This document shows, in pieces, positions 41,903 through 55,310 of a stretch of 64,000 nucleotides of DNA. The notes below the pieces were generated by a model. It ran no database searches, was not told where the DNA came from, and worked only from the letters and a program-made list of their open reading frames with translations. The stretch is from the NCBI RefSeq assembly GCF_009914755.1, contig NC_060932.1. One strand, 5' to 3'. The stretch's first letter is position 1; each line of letters begins with the position of its first letter. The position numbers were made by a program, and so were the translations under genes. The stretch comes from the human T2T-CHM13v2.0 reference genome, Homo sapiens.

Positions 41903-42860
41903 AGTATTAACAAATTAATGAGTTATTTCCTTGGGCTTTTAAAAATATTGGGAATTGCTCATGACCTCACTGCTCTCAACTCCACAGTACCTTTGCTTTA
42001 GTTCTCAAAGTGTGATATGAAGGAGGAGTGATGGTCTGTGCATTTGTTCAGATATTCAAGCTGTCCCTTTGCTTCTTATGTGCAAGTGATTTTCAGTTCC
42101 ATGGACTTGAGTTTTTGCACTTCTTGGTGTTAACCTATTATGAGAATTCTTCAAGGGTTACTAAAATTGGGTTATTTACAAAAATAAATCCTGTCTGTTA
42201 CCAGCAATTACTGAGGTCTCTAATTCAGGACTGTCCTGAGTGTTGGATGTCACATATGTCAAAATATTGCAAAGCTCCTACTGCAAATGGCTCATGTAAC
42301 CAACACTATTAGAGAATATTTCCTGTTTAGAAATTTATTTTAAAAATTGAAATTAAAATTTTAATTTAAAAGTTAAAATTATTTTACCACTTTAAAAATC
42401 TTTCTAGCATAGATTATACCCTTAAACAGAGGATATGAACCTATTTACCTTTACTAATGGCCATTATTAAATTCACTTTTACTCTGTTTCTTGCACAGAG
42501 AGAGAGAGAGAGAGAGACAGAGAGGGGCAGGGGTGGGGGGAGGGTTCTGAAAGCCTGATGCACTGGAATCCAGCATATCTTTAATTGGCAATTATATTTC
42601 CCCTTTTCCCCAAAACCTGTTTGAAATAGGCTTCTGTCATTTACTACTTGAAAAAGTTACTGATACTCTTCTTGCAGAGTATCAGTGCAGTACAAATTAC
42701 ACCTGAAGGTGTTAGGTTAAATAAAACAGCATCAGAAATCTCTTTAACAAAATTGATCCTCAATAAATTAGTTGGTAGACACATTCTTCCGGAAAGACAG
42801 TGAACTCAGTTTTCTACACATGCTTTTATTTGGCCTGAAGAAAATAAAATCATGCCTTAC

Positions 42861-43200
<340 letters not shown>

Positions 43201-44319
43201 TAAAGAGCACTTCAGAGTCTTCTAAATACTTACACAGCTAATATTTTACCTCATCTACAGACACCTCTCTAACTCTTTCAGCTATTTCATAGACTGTTGA
43301 CCATGTAGCCAAGCAGAGAGGATGGAGTTTAGGAAGAAGATGTATTCGTAAGGAGAGGGATTTCATTCCAAAGGCAAAAAGATCTACTAAAAAATATTTC
43401 TTGAACACCTTCTATGATAGGCCCTCGGACTATAGTAGTGAATAAGACAGGCAAAACCATTGGCTTCACAGACAGGAAAATGCACAGAGCAAGCAAGACT
43501 GCTTTATTTCACTCAGAGCTAGAGAGACTGGCAGGCAATTGCCTGTCATCTCCTTTGTCTATCTCAGATGAAAACATCAAAATCTGATGAAAGTAAAAGA
43601 GATAAATTTGGGACACAAAATTTAAAGTCACGATCTAGCCTGCATTAGACTTGGGTCATATAGCTTACTCAACCTTTCTAAGCCTCTAATGGGACTTACC
43701 TTCCAGGGTTGCTGGGAAGATCCAGGAAGATGATGCATATTATGCAATGTACCTGGTACTCCCAAGTTCTCAGTGAGGGAATGGATTCTAAATAAAGGAG
43801 GACTGAAGGAGTCCACTGGCTTTTCTCAGAAAAGTCTATTTCATATTACACAAGCAGTGCCAAGGCACTATATACAAATATATACATGTATAACTCATTC
43901 ATAATTTCAACACCTCCTAAAAATACTGCTTCCATCTGCCTATGTCCTTTCTCCCTGTGACCACAAACACACATGACATTTGAGCTTTAATCAGTGTAGT
44001 TACCATTTCTAAATTTATTGTTTTATTCTCTGAATATAGTATGAAAAGAGTCCATGTTTACACACTACATTTGCTACAGCTATAACACATTATTTAGACA
44101 TTATTTTTAAGTGCATACTTACATTCATCCAGTTTTCAGCAGTATGAATAGCGTGGCAAAGTATATCCTTATGCAGAAAAGGTGACACTTCTTTCACTGT
44201 AAATCCTTAGAACAGGCCCTTGGGATGGTAGACTTAAATTTTATTAACATCTCTCCACGATGTTATTATAAAATATTTGTTCAATTATCAAAATCCTTTG
44301 GAGAATTTAGGGAAATTGA

Positions 44320-45860
44320 AGGAATGGGGCTTCTCGTGGCATGTGAAGTGGTTATGTGGAGAGAGAACAAGGATTTAGTGTGGAATGAGATGTATATAGG
44401 GAGGGAGCATTGGAATCACTGTGTGAAGTGGTTGTAGGAGATATTACTAGGGATTACGAAGGAGTAAGAAGTGGCTGTTGGTCGGAGGATTGGAGTTTAT
44501 CACGGTGTGTGAAGGATGTGTCGTATTTGAGGATCGGTGTTACTCTGGCATGTGATTGGGCTGTGGGCACGAGAGGATTAGGATTTGCTGTGGAGTGTAG
44601 TCATTTAGGGAGCATGGATAGGGGTTTATTGTGGAGTGGCTTTAGGGATGGAAGAACTGCAAATAACTAAGGGGTTAAAAGTGGATGTTAGCTTACAGAA
44701 TGAGAATTTACCCTGGGGTTTACCTGGGAATGTGAACTGTTTGTAGAGAGGAAGGTTTGGGGATTCACATGAACTGCAGAAGGGCTGGGAGAGGGGAGAG
44801 CGTTCACTGTGGAGTCAAGCATTTTGGGGAGGAAGGATTGAAAATGACTGGGGAGTGTGAAGTGGGCTTGAGGATGGGGGTCCTGTGGAGTGAGAAGCGG
44901 GTGTGAGGATAGGGGGACTGCAGTTTATTGTGGGGCATGAAGCCGTGTGGGAGAGGAGGTTTGAGGATTCCTGTGGCGTCTGCAGCATGTGTAGAGTAGA
45001 AAGATTGGTGATTAACGCGAAGGTAAAAGAGCTGCAGCTGTCCTGTGGAGTGTAAGGCATCTGAGGCTTGGTGAATTGGGGTGTATTGTGGCGTGTGAAG
45101 TGGTTGATGAGAGGGATGAGTAGTACTTGATTTCAAATATAACCTGGTTTTGTGGAGAGACGACTGAAGCTTTCCATGGGCGTGAAGCAGGTGGTTGTGG
45201 GGGAAGAACTGATACCTTCCATGGAGTGTGAAGTGCAGTGGAGGTGGGAGGCCTTTCCTGTGGAGCTTGACATGGTTATTGGGTGGGGGATTGGAGATTG
45301 CTGTAGAGCAGTAAGGGGCTTTGTGGTGGGAGGGTAGGGTTTACTTTAGAAGGTCAGGGTTTCTGGTGAGGGAGGATTCAGGTTTAGTGTGATGTGTGAA
45401 GCAGTTGTTGGAGGGAGGACCGGGTTCTTCTTGGAACATGAGGTGGTGTGGGCAGGGATCATGGAGGATTGCTAGCAAGTGTGAAGTGGCTGTAGGCGTG
45501 AGAATTTTACTATGGGGTGTGAAGCGTTGGGCCTCCTGTGGAAAGGTGAATTACTGTGGGGGAGGAGGTTAGGGCTTCCCACGGGAGGTGAGGAGGTCTG
45601 AGAAGGGTAAGATTGTAGTTTGCTGTGGACTGTAAAATGCCTGTTGGGTCAGACGATTGGATTTACTGCAGAATATGTAGTGATTGTAAGGAGGGACAAT
45701 TTTTGCTTGATGTGGAATGTGAATTGGTTGTATGGAGGAGGATTTGTGTTTATGATGAAGTGTGAAATGGTGGGGAGAGGGTCTGAGGCTGACTGTGGAG
45801 TGTTAAGTAGATATGGCAGTGGGAGGCTTATGGCTGATTTTGGAGTGAGACATGGTATCC
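44320..45860. repeat. Diverged ~43 bp tandem array (~35 units), G-rich on + strand
   Basis: The core GTGGAGTGTGAAGTGG recurs at mostly 40-45 bp spacing (e.g. 44336, 44380, 44459, 44502, 44545, 44590, 44631 ... 45625, 45668, 45712, 45755, 45795, 45840). Confidence 0.85.
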
Positions 45861-46452
45861 TGAGTTATATTTTGCTCCCTATCTTTCCATAAACTATCTC
45901 CTAAATCTGACTAAACATGTCCCTCCCAGGGAAGCCACTTAGAATCACGGGAACCCTTCCACCACCCATACATCCCTCTTCTCCTCCACTTAGAAGAAAT
46001 TTATTTGAGCACTTTAATGTACCTGGCCCAGTCCTAGGAGCTGGAAATATAGAAAATACAAGTTTTTCCTTCAAGAAGCTCTCAGTTTAAAAGAAAATGA
46101 GAAGCTCAAGAGCAGAGAAAACAAGTTACTGAGTTTTGGGGTCAGCTCTATGCTTCAGAGAGAGTGGGCAAGAGCATCTTCAGGTTTCCACCTTAAGAAT
46201 CCATTTCAGTTCTTCAGGAAGAAATAGTGCCCAGCATTTGGGTGTGACATGCCCTTCTAGATAGTGAGCATGGGTCTAGAAGCAGCTATCCCTTTTGGAA
46301 TCCTGAATACCATATGTGAGGTACCATCTATCTGGAGATCCTAACCCTGGTGAGCCCTGGGTCCTCTGGGACAAAGGACTTAGAAAGCAGCATTGGATAG
46401 AGCAGGGACCCTGGAGTTGGCTAGATCTGGGCTCAAATTTCAGTTCTGCAAC

Positions 46453-46954
46453 TGTGATGGGCATCTGCCATTTAGCCTATGTGAACACCCTCTCCACATT
46501 GTGGTAGTTCCCTACAGTGTAAGTCTCTCCATTCCAACATAGAATCCATTTTCCCTTTTTACATCAGGGCCGACAGGTGACACAGGCCCTGCTCATCAGA
46601 CAAGTTCTGGGAGATACATTTTGAGGGGTCAATGATATTAATGGAAAGGGAGGCAGGATGCAAAGAATTTATTCAGCTGTTGTAGACTAATGCAGCTGTA
46701 GCCTGGTTCTATAGTCTCCAGTTGGGGTGGCAGCTCCTGGCTCACAGCATCCTGATTATGGTAGGGGCAGCTGCCCTCTGGGTGTATTAGTTCCAAGGTG
46801 TGGCTCTGGGAATCTTTCCTGAAATTTTAGTCTGTATATCATAAAAGCCATTTTATCGTTGTGGTAGCTATCTACCACCTTTAATAGAACTCTTTCTGCT
46901 GAAAATAGCTGCATTGAGTTATGCTGTCTACGTTAAAGAAACATGACCATAACA
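46453..46954 (+). mobile_element. Old ERVL/MaLR-type LTR (LTR33/LTR41-like, uncertain)
   Basis: TGTGATGGG start; 3' end TTTAATAGAACTCTTTCTGCTGAAAATAGC...AAGAAACATGACCATAACA. Confidence 0.5.
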
Positions 46955-47029
46955 AATACTAATAAGCTTTGAAACCACGAATAAATCAACCTGCACAGGT
47001 CCCTTGGCCCATAGGGGCAAGCCAGCTTA

Positions 47030-47370
47030 ATAGTTACCGGTATAGACTTGCGAGCAAGACCATTTAGGTTTTAATCCTGGCTCTGACACAAGTTGTGTAA
47101 GCTTGAATAAGTTATCTCCTGGGGTGCCTGTTTTCTCCTCCATGAAGTGAGAATAATGTTGTTTACTTCATGGGGTTGTTGTGAGAAGTTAAATGGACTA
47201 ATTCATATCAGGTGCTTAGAAAAGTACCTATGATACACAAAACACTGAATAAAGATTAGTCATAATGATCACTCTTTCTGAGCCTCAGTTTCCATTTATA
47301 GACTCAAAGCGAAAACATTTACCTCATAAGTTTGCAATGACAATCAGATTTTAATAATGCATTTGATTAT
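47030..47370 (+). mobile_element. Two MIRs
   Basis: AATCCTGGCTCTG...GGGGTTGTTGTGAG; CTGAGCCTCAGTTTCC. Confidence 0.7.
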
Positions 47371-47737
47371 TTCCTTCCTTCCTTCCTTCCTTACTTCCTT
47401 CCCTCCTTCCCTTCTCCCAAAATGAGGAAAGAATGAAATGGTATTGACAGGAATCTGAGGACCACCTAAGGCAAACTTGACCTACTTACCAGTTTTGAAG
47501 TGTTTCATCTCCTTTGGGACAGCTAGAATTAGAACTACACCCCAAGAAAAATGCATTGTCCAGGGAGTGACAGAAAACAGCTATGCATGTTAACTAAACT
47601 AAGTTTACTTAAAGAGTCAAGCAGTTAACATTTATATAAGTTTCTACTGAGTAAAGAACTTTCAACTAGATTTTTATTGCTGTTTTTTAATTGTAAATTG
47701 ACAATTTATATAAATGTAAGAAGTAAAAGGTGATGTT

Positions 47738-48045
<308 letters not shown>

Positions 48046-49938
48046 AATTATAAAGTAATGTTATAGTTTATGAATACAATCAAGCTAGTTAACATATTCA
48101 TCACCTCAAATACTTTTCTATGGTGAGAACATTTGAAATTTACTCTCTTAGCCATCTTGAAATGTACAATGATTTATTATTAATTATGTTTACCACAACA
48201 TGCAATAGAATTCTAAAACGGGAAAGAATGTATTCCTCCTGTCATTTTATACCATTTGATCATCTCCCCATTCCCCCCACCCTAGCCTCTGTAATCGCCG
48301 TTCTGTTTTCTATTTCTATGAGTTTGATTGTTGTAAATTCCACATTATAAGTGAGAACGTGCAGTATTTCTTCCCATGCCTGACTTATTTTACTTAGCAT
48401 AATGTTCTCCAAGTCCATCTATGTTATTGCAAGTAACAGAATTTCCTTCTTTTTAAAGACTGAATAGTATGTCATTGTGGGTTTATATCACATCTGCTTT
48501 ATCCATTCATATGTTGATGAATGCTTAGGTGGATTCCATACCTTGCCTATCGTGAATAATGCTGCAGTGAACATCAGAGTGCAGACATCTCTATAACAAA
48601 CATTTCAAATCTTTTGGGTAAAGACCCAGAAAAGGGATTGCTGGATCATGTGGTAATTCTGTTTTTTTGTTTTTTTGGGAAACCTCCATACTGGTTTTTA
48701 TAATGGCTGTACTAATTGGCATTCCCATCAAAAGCGTGCAAAGGTTTCCTTTTATCCACGTCTCTGTCAACACTTGTTATCTTCTGCCTTTTTGATAAAA
48801 GCCTTTCTGACAGATGATATCTCATTGTGGTTTTAATTTGCATTTCTCTAATAATTAGTCATGCTGAGCATTTTTTCATATGTCTGTTCACCATTTGTAT
48901 ATCTTTTGTTAAGAAATATCTATTCACGTCCCTTACCCATTTAAAATTTTTTTCTTGCTATTGAGTTTTTTGAACTCCTTATATATTTTGGATACATTAA
49001 TCTCTTATCAGAGGTATGGCTTGCAAATTTTTTCTCCCAGTCCATAGGTTGTCTCTATACACTGGTAATTGCTTTGTTTTTTGTTTTATTTTGTTTTCTT
49101 TTCGTGCAGATTTTTAATTTTATCTAATCCCATTTGTCCATTTTTGTTGTTGTTGCCTGAACTTTTGAAGTCTAGTCCAAAAAAATCATTGCCCAGATTA
49201 ATGTCATATAGTTTTTCTTCTAGAGGTTTCAGAGTTTCTGGTATTACATTAAAATCTGTGATGCTTATGAGTTGATTTTTGTACATGTTGTGAGATAAGG
49301 ATCCAATTTTATTCTTCTGCATGTGGAAATCCAGTTTTCCCAATACCATTTCCCAAGAACATTTATTGAAGAGATTTTTCTCTTTCCATTGCATATTTTT
49401 GGTACCTTTGTTTAAAATTGGTTAACCGTATCTGCATGGGTCCATTTATGGGATCTCTGTTCTGTTGGTTGACATGTCCATTTTTTCTGCCAATACCATG
49501 CTGTTTTAATTACTACAGTTTTGTAGTATAATTTGAAGTCAGGTAGTGTGATATCTCCAGCTTTTTACTTTTTGCTCAATATTGCCTTGGCTATTCAGAG
49601 TATTTTGAGGTTCCATATGAATTTTAGAATTGTTTTTTATATTTCTATGAAAAAAGATGTTGGGATTTTGATAAAGATTACATTGATGCTATAGACTAAT
49701 TTGGGTAATATGGGCATTTTAATATTATGAATTTTTCCAATCCATAAACATGAGCTATATTTTCATTTATTTTTTTCTTCTTTAATTTTTTTTTCAATAT
49801 ATAGCTTTGGGGGTACAGGCCTTTCACCTCCTTGGTTAAATTTATTTCTAAGTATTTCTATATTTTTGTAGCTATTGTAAATAAGATTGTTCATTTCTTT
49901 TTCAGATAGTTCATTGTTAGTGTATAGAAATGCTGTCA

Positions 49939-50346
<408 letters not shown>

Positions 50347-51547
50347 CTATAGGGTTTTATATGTATAAGATTATGTCATCAGCAAACATCGACAATTTCA
50401 CTTTTACTATTTGGATGGCTTTTATTTTTAGTTATTTGTTTATGTATTTATTTTTGCCTAATTGCTCTGGTAACGCCTTCCCATATTACACTAATTAGAA
50501 GTGGCAAGAGTGGGCATCCTTGTCTGGTTCCAGATCTTAGGGAAAAAGGTTTCAACTTTTCACCATTGAGTATAATGTTAGCTGTTGGCTTCTAATATAT
50601 GACCTTTATTCTGTTATGGTACATTTCTTCTATACCTAATTTGGTGAGAATTTTTATCATGAAAGAATGTAGAATTTTCTCGAATGCTTTTTCTGCATCT
50701 CATGAGATGATCAAATGCTTTTTATTCTTCATTCTGTTAATATAATTATGAGTTTTTATACTGCCTGGTTTTAAATGACTTTTATGTTCCTTTTTTGCAA
50801 TATTACAGCTTTTCCCATTTTGTATCTTGAGTAAAACGTTTTGATTAAATAGAAGCAGTTTTCCTTTATTCTCAATAAATGTTTTCCTCTAAGAAAGGTA
50901 AAATGATTTAAACATGAGCTTTTTCCTCAGGCAATTATTAGAACCACTGTAAACAACTCAGATTTTTGGAGAAAACAGTGAAGAAGCTTTAGATCAGCAA
51001 AATAGTCGACACATGGTCCATTGGTATCTTTCTTTTTTTTAATGTGAATTTTAGCCTCTATATCAATTAACTTTCATTATAAGCCATGAAAAACCCAACT
51101 TAAATTGTTTGTGGGCCAAGAGAAAGTTGGTGAGAGTGGCAATGTCAGCTGCATTGCAAGGATGAAAACTCATAGCTACAGCCCTAAGATCTGGAACCAG
51201 ACAAGGATATTCTTGCTGAAGAGAAAAGAGCTGCTTCGAACCACAGATGGATTTGCCACTTAAAGTCCATTTCAGGTCGGACATCCTCCCTTTTCTTATA
51301 GTCATGCCATCTAGAACATACGACCTCCAGGGTCACCAAGGCAGAGACTAAGAGGGACAGAGGAGGGTTGTAATTAATCAGCTCGCATGCATTACTTCCA
51401 CTCAAGTCCACTGGCCTGCTTTATTCACATGGCTTCAGTCTAACAATAGGGAGGCTGAGAAGTATAGGTAAGCAATGGCTGTTGGGAGAGTCTCTACTGG
51501 CTATACCACAACAGTTATCTCTATCTTTTCTGGTTTTCATAAGGAGG

Positions 51548-51932
51548 TATATTAGTCCATTCTTGAATTGCTATAAAGAACTACCTGAGATCAGGAATTT
51601 TATAAAGAAAAGTGGTTTAATTGGTTCACAGCTCTGCAGGCTATACAGGAAGCATGGCTGGGGAGGCCTCAGGAAATTTACAATCATGGCAGTAAGCAAA
51701 GGGGAAGCAAAACATGTCCTACATGGTGGGAGCAGGAGGAAGAGGGCAAAGGGGGAGGTTCTACACATTTTTAAATAACCAGATCTCCTGAGAACTCACT
51801 CGCTGTCATGATAACAGCAAGAGGAAAATCCACCCTGATGATCCAATCACCTCCTACCAGGCCCCTCCTCCAGCACTGGGGATTACAGTATGACATGAGA
51901 TTTGGGTAGGGACACAAATCCAAACCATATCA
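51548..51932 (-). mobile_element. THE1D/MSTA MaLR solo LTR
   Basis: TATATTAGTCCATTCTTG...CAAATCCAAACCATATCA, with perfect 5 bp TSD GGAGG. Confidence 0.92.
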
Positions 51933-54326
51933 GGAGGAATTTACTCTAAACCCTAAGGCCTCTCTCCACTTACCTTCTATTGAGAGAAAGAGTGACTTAG
52001 CTACTGGGTGCCTTTGGAAGAAGGATTTAAGCTTGTTGGTACAGCCTCTCCCTTTCTTTCATTCTTTGAAAATGTACCTGAGAGTAGAGAGCATAGATTG
52101 CGCTCTTCTCCTTCTTGCTTCAAGCTTTGCTGGAGAAGAATTCCCCCATCAATACAAGGGTGGGGAAACCCTGTAATGACCCAACAATGCTTGAGATTGG
52201 ACAAATACATTTGTTTTATTCTGAGATTTGATGTTAAGAAAGCCATTACTGCTGTTTCCTTTAGCCGTAAACCCACAATAGTGTTTATCTATAGTGGTGG
52301 TGATATTCTGATCCCCATCTGTCTCACTTCAGTGTCTTTCTCTTAATTGGTTCTGAATTCAGGCAGGGAACAAGGGCCATGTTGATAGACCCTAGAGCCC
52401 AACATCAGCATCAGTTTGTTCAGTTGTAAGATGTGTTCAATAAGCACTCAGTGAACGAATGCACCTGTAAGAAACCTGAAAGATTATCTGGTAAAACATG
52501 CCCTTAGAGCAAGATAAGTAGAATCCAAAGCAATGATCTGACTGCTCAAAATCACCGATATTGACAACTGACTCCCAAATCCCTGCTTCATCTAACATAT
52601 ATTGCTAATACCATGCCCAGATAGAACACAAAGCAATATTTATTATATGACAAATTCTCTCCATAATTTTAGAGAGTTTTCCCTAAGGAAAGAAAGGACT
52701 TTTTAAAAAAGAGAGATTAAACTTTTCCAAGTATATTACATACTATTCTTTTCCTGGAGGTAGGGGGGTAAGTTCTTTGCCACACCCCACACCTACCACC
52801 CAAACTATTGAATACTTTTGGGTGAATCATTCCCAATCTGAACTGATAATCCTTGCCGAAACCTTTTCTTTCCAGACCATAAAAACACAGCAGCTTGTTA
52901 ATCATACAACTATTTAACCCAGTCCCTCCCTAGTCCTACAAATGAGCTCCAAGCCCATAACGTATAATCTACCCACCCACACATATTGAAATGAGATTAT
53001 TGTTCCCACAGAAAAGAGCCCTGCAGTTGCACAAGTCCCAACTTTGCTCCCGAGGGCGATAAAAGGGACAAGGAAAAGGCATGGAGTTGTTTGATAGGCT
53101 TCTAAGGAAGGCTCAGAAAGGATGAAAGATTACCCTCCCAGGTACACAGTGTGGAGCAGCGTTCCAGCAAACATCCAGAGGGTTCCCACACTCCACCCAG
53201 GCACGCTCCCGAACTCTTTGATCTAGAAACCACCACGAATTACTGATCGTTACAGAGGTGGCCGGAGTGGATGAACCTATCGTTTCTTATAAAGTAAGAG
53301 CTTCCAGGGAGGAAAAATACCCTCAAAAAGAACATTGTGGCAGGTGAGAATCCAGGCTGAGGAGCAGCTTGCCACAGCAGAAAAAGAAGAGTTTTGGGGA
53401 TTGTGTACACCTAGATTCCAGTCTCAAACCTGCCACTTAGAATCAGTGAGAATCAAAAATACAACTACTGAGTCCCCTCTATGCGCCAAGAATGAAATTA
53501 GGCACTCTAGTGATAAATGTCCATAAGACCTCAGCTGGCACGACCATCACCTGTGCTGAGTTAGACCTTTTCCACCTTCAAACTGTAGATAATAAAACCA
53601 ACATCATATAATTATTATAAAGAGAGGAGAAAAATGCAGGGACAATGCCTGGTGCACAGTCAACATGCAGTCAACGGCAGTGCTGACTCTTTCTCACTCA
53701 TTGGCAGGCACTAGTTGCAGGGTGTCTTGCATGAGAGGGTCAGACACCCAGCAGCAACTCTGGAGAGCATCCCAGCTACACAAAGTTTCAGGTCAGCAGC
53801 CAGGATTTGAGCTTCAGCTCTCTTACCATCCCAGAGACTAGAGGAGCCCCTGGATTCAAATGACACATCTCAGTGGACACTGAGAAAGGTTTAAAACAGA
53901 TTGGACCTCTCAGCTGGCATCATGGAAGTAGGAGTCAAAAGAGACTTGCTGCAAGGTCACTGGAGGTTTAGAAAAAGACAGATGTTCTTTGACATTCCCT
54001 GGTTCCTTCTTAGAGAGACAAACATAAACAGAGAAAATCAGTTTGTCCTTTGAAGAAGTTCCAGATGGAAACAGCAAGGCTGTCTTACTCTGTGAATGTT
54101 TCCTTGATCCATCCCCACCGCTCCCAGCAAAGCCTGAATCCCTTGGTCACCACTGTCCTGTAAACAGCCCTCTAATGTTGCCTGAAGCTCAATTATAAAA
54201 ATATCTAGCTTCTCCCTAAACTAGACACTCCTCCAGGGCAGAGAGTGTGTTGTATATGTGTTGATATTAATCTGACAAGGAAAAAAGCCAATAATTATTA
54301 AGTGCCTACTGTACAACAAACACTTT

Positions 54327-54621
<295 letters not shown>

Positions 54622-54939
54622 AACAAACACTTTAAAAATACAGAGATATTTATATATTATACATACTTTTAAAAAATTCAACTAATCCATATAAACCATA
54701 TTTTATACTTTCTTTTTCACTGAAGTTTGGAGTGATAGCCTTATTTCTTTTAATTGTTATGAATATTTCCTCATATAGATGTATCACAATTAATTTGAGC
54801 ATTCTACTACTGATTGATTTTACAATTTTTCCTCTTCCCTTTGCTTTATCAAATTTATTATCTGTAGTCTTTGTCTGCATCAAAGATTACTTCCTAACAA
54901 TAGACTCCTAGAAGTCAGTATCACACTGTCTTGTGTATA

Positions 54940-55310
54940 GTGAGACAGTAAGGCATAGAGGTAATAAGCAATAACTCGGGAACTAAACCACATTAACTAG
55001 CTGTCTAACCTTAAGTAGGACATTTAACCTTTCTGGTTAGAGTTTCTTTACTCTAAACCATAAGTTATCATAGTAACCAACTCATAGGGCTGTGGCAAAC
55101 AGTAAATGAATTAATATATGTAAAGCACATAGAATAGTCCCTGCCACATACTAAGTGCTCTATTTTTACTATTATTATTTATATTTATACAGCTGTGCCC
55201 CATAAGACTGGGAGACCCTTGAGGACAGTGGCCACGTCTCACTCATGTATTCCACCCCCCTCAGCCTGGCACTGAGAAGGAGCTCTGTGCACATTTGCTG
55301 AATAAATAAG
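54940..55310 (+). mobile_element. MIR followed by L2 3' end
   Basis: CTCATAGGGCTGTGG...AAATGAATTAATATATGTAAAGCAC; AGACTGGGAGACCCTTGAGGACAG. Confidence 0.65.

Noticed and set aside
42350-42367. 18 bp perfect palindrome AAATTAAAATTTTAATTT
   Set aside because: It lies in low-complexity AT-only sequence and is expected by chance.
44320-45860. CRISPR-like appearance (conserved core plus variable spacer) and the minus-strand ORFs with PLHTPQ repeats
   Set aside because: The DNA is eukaryotic and there are no cas genes. The spacers resemble each other, and a 43 bp period breaks frame. The ORFs are a by-product of stop-poor C-rich sequence.
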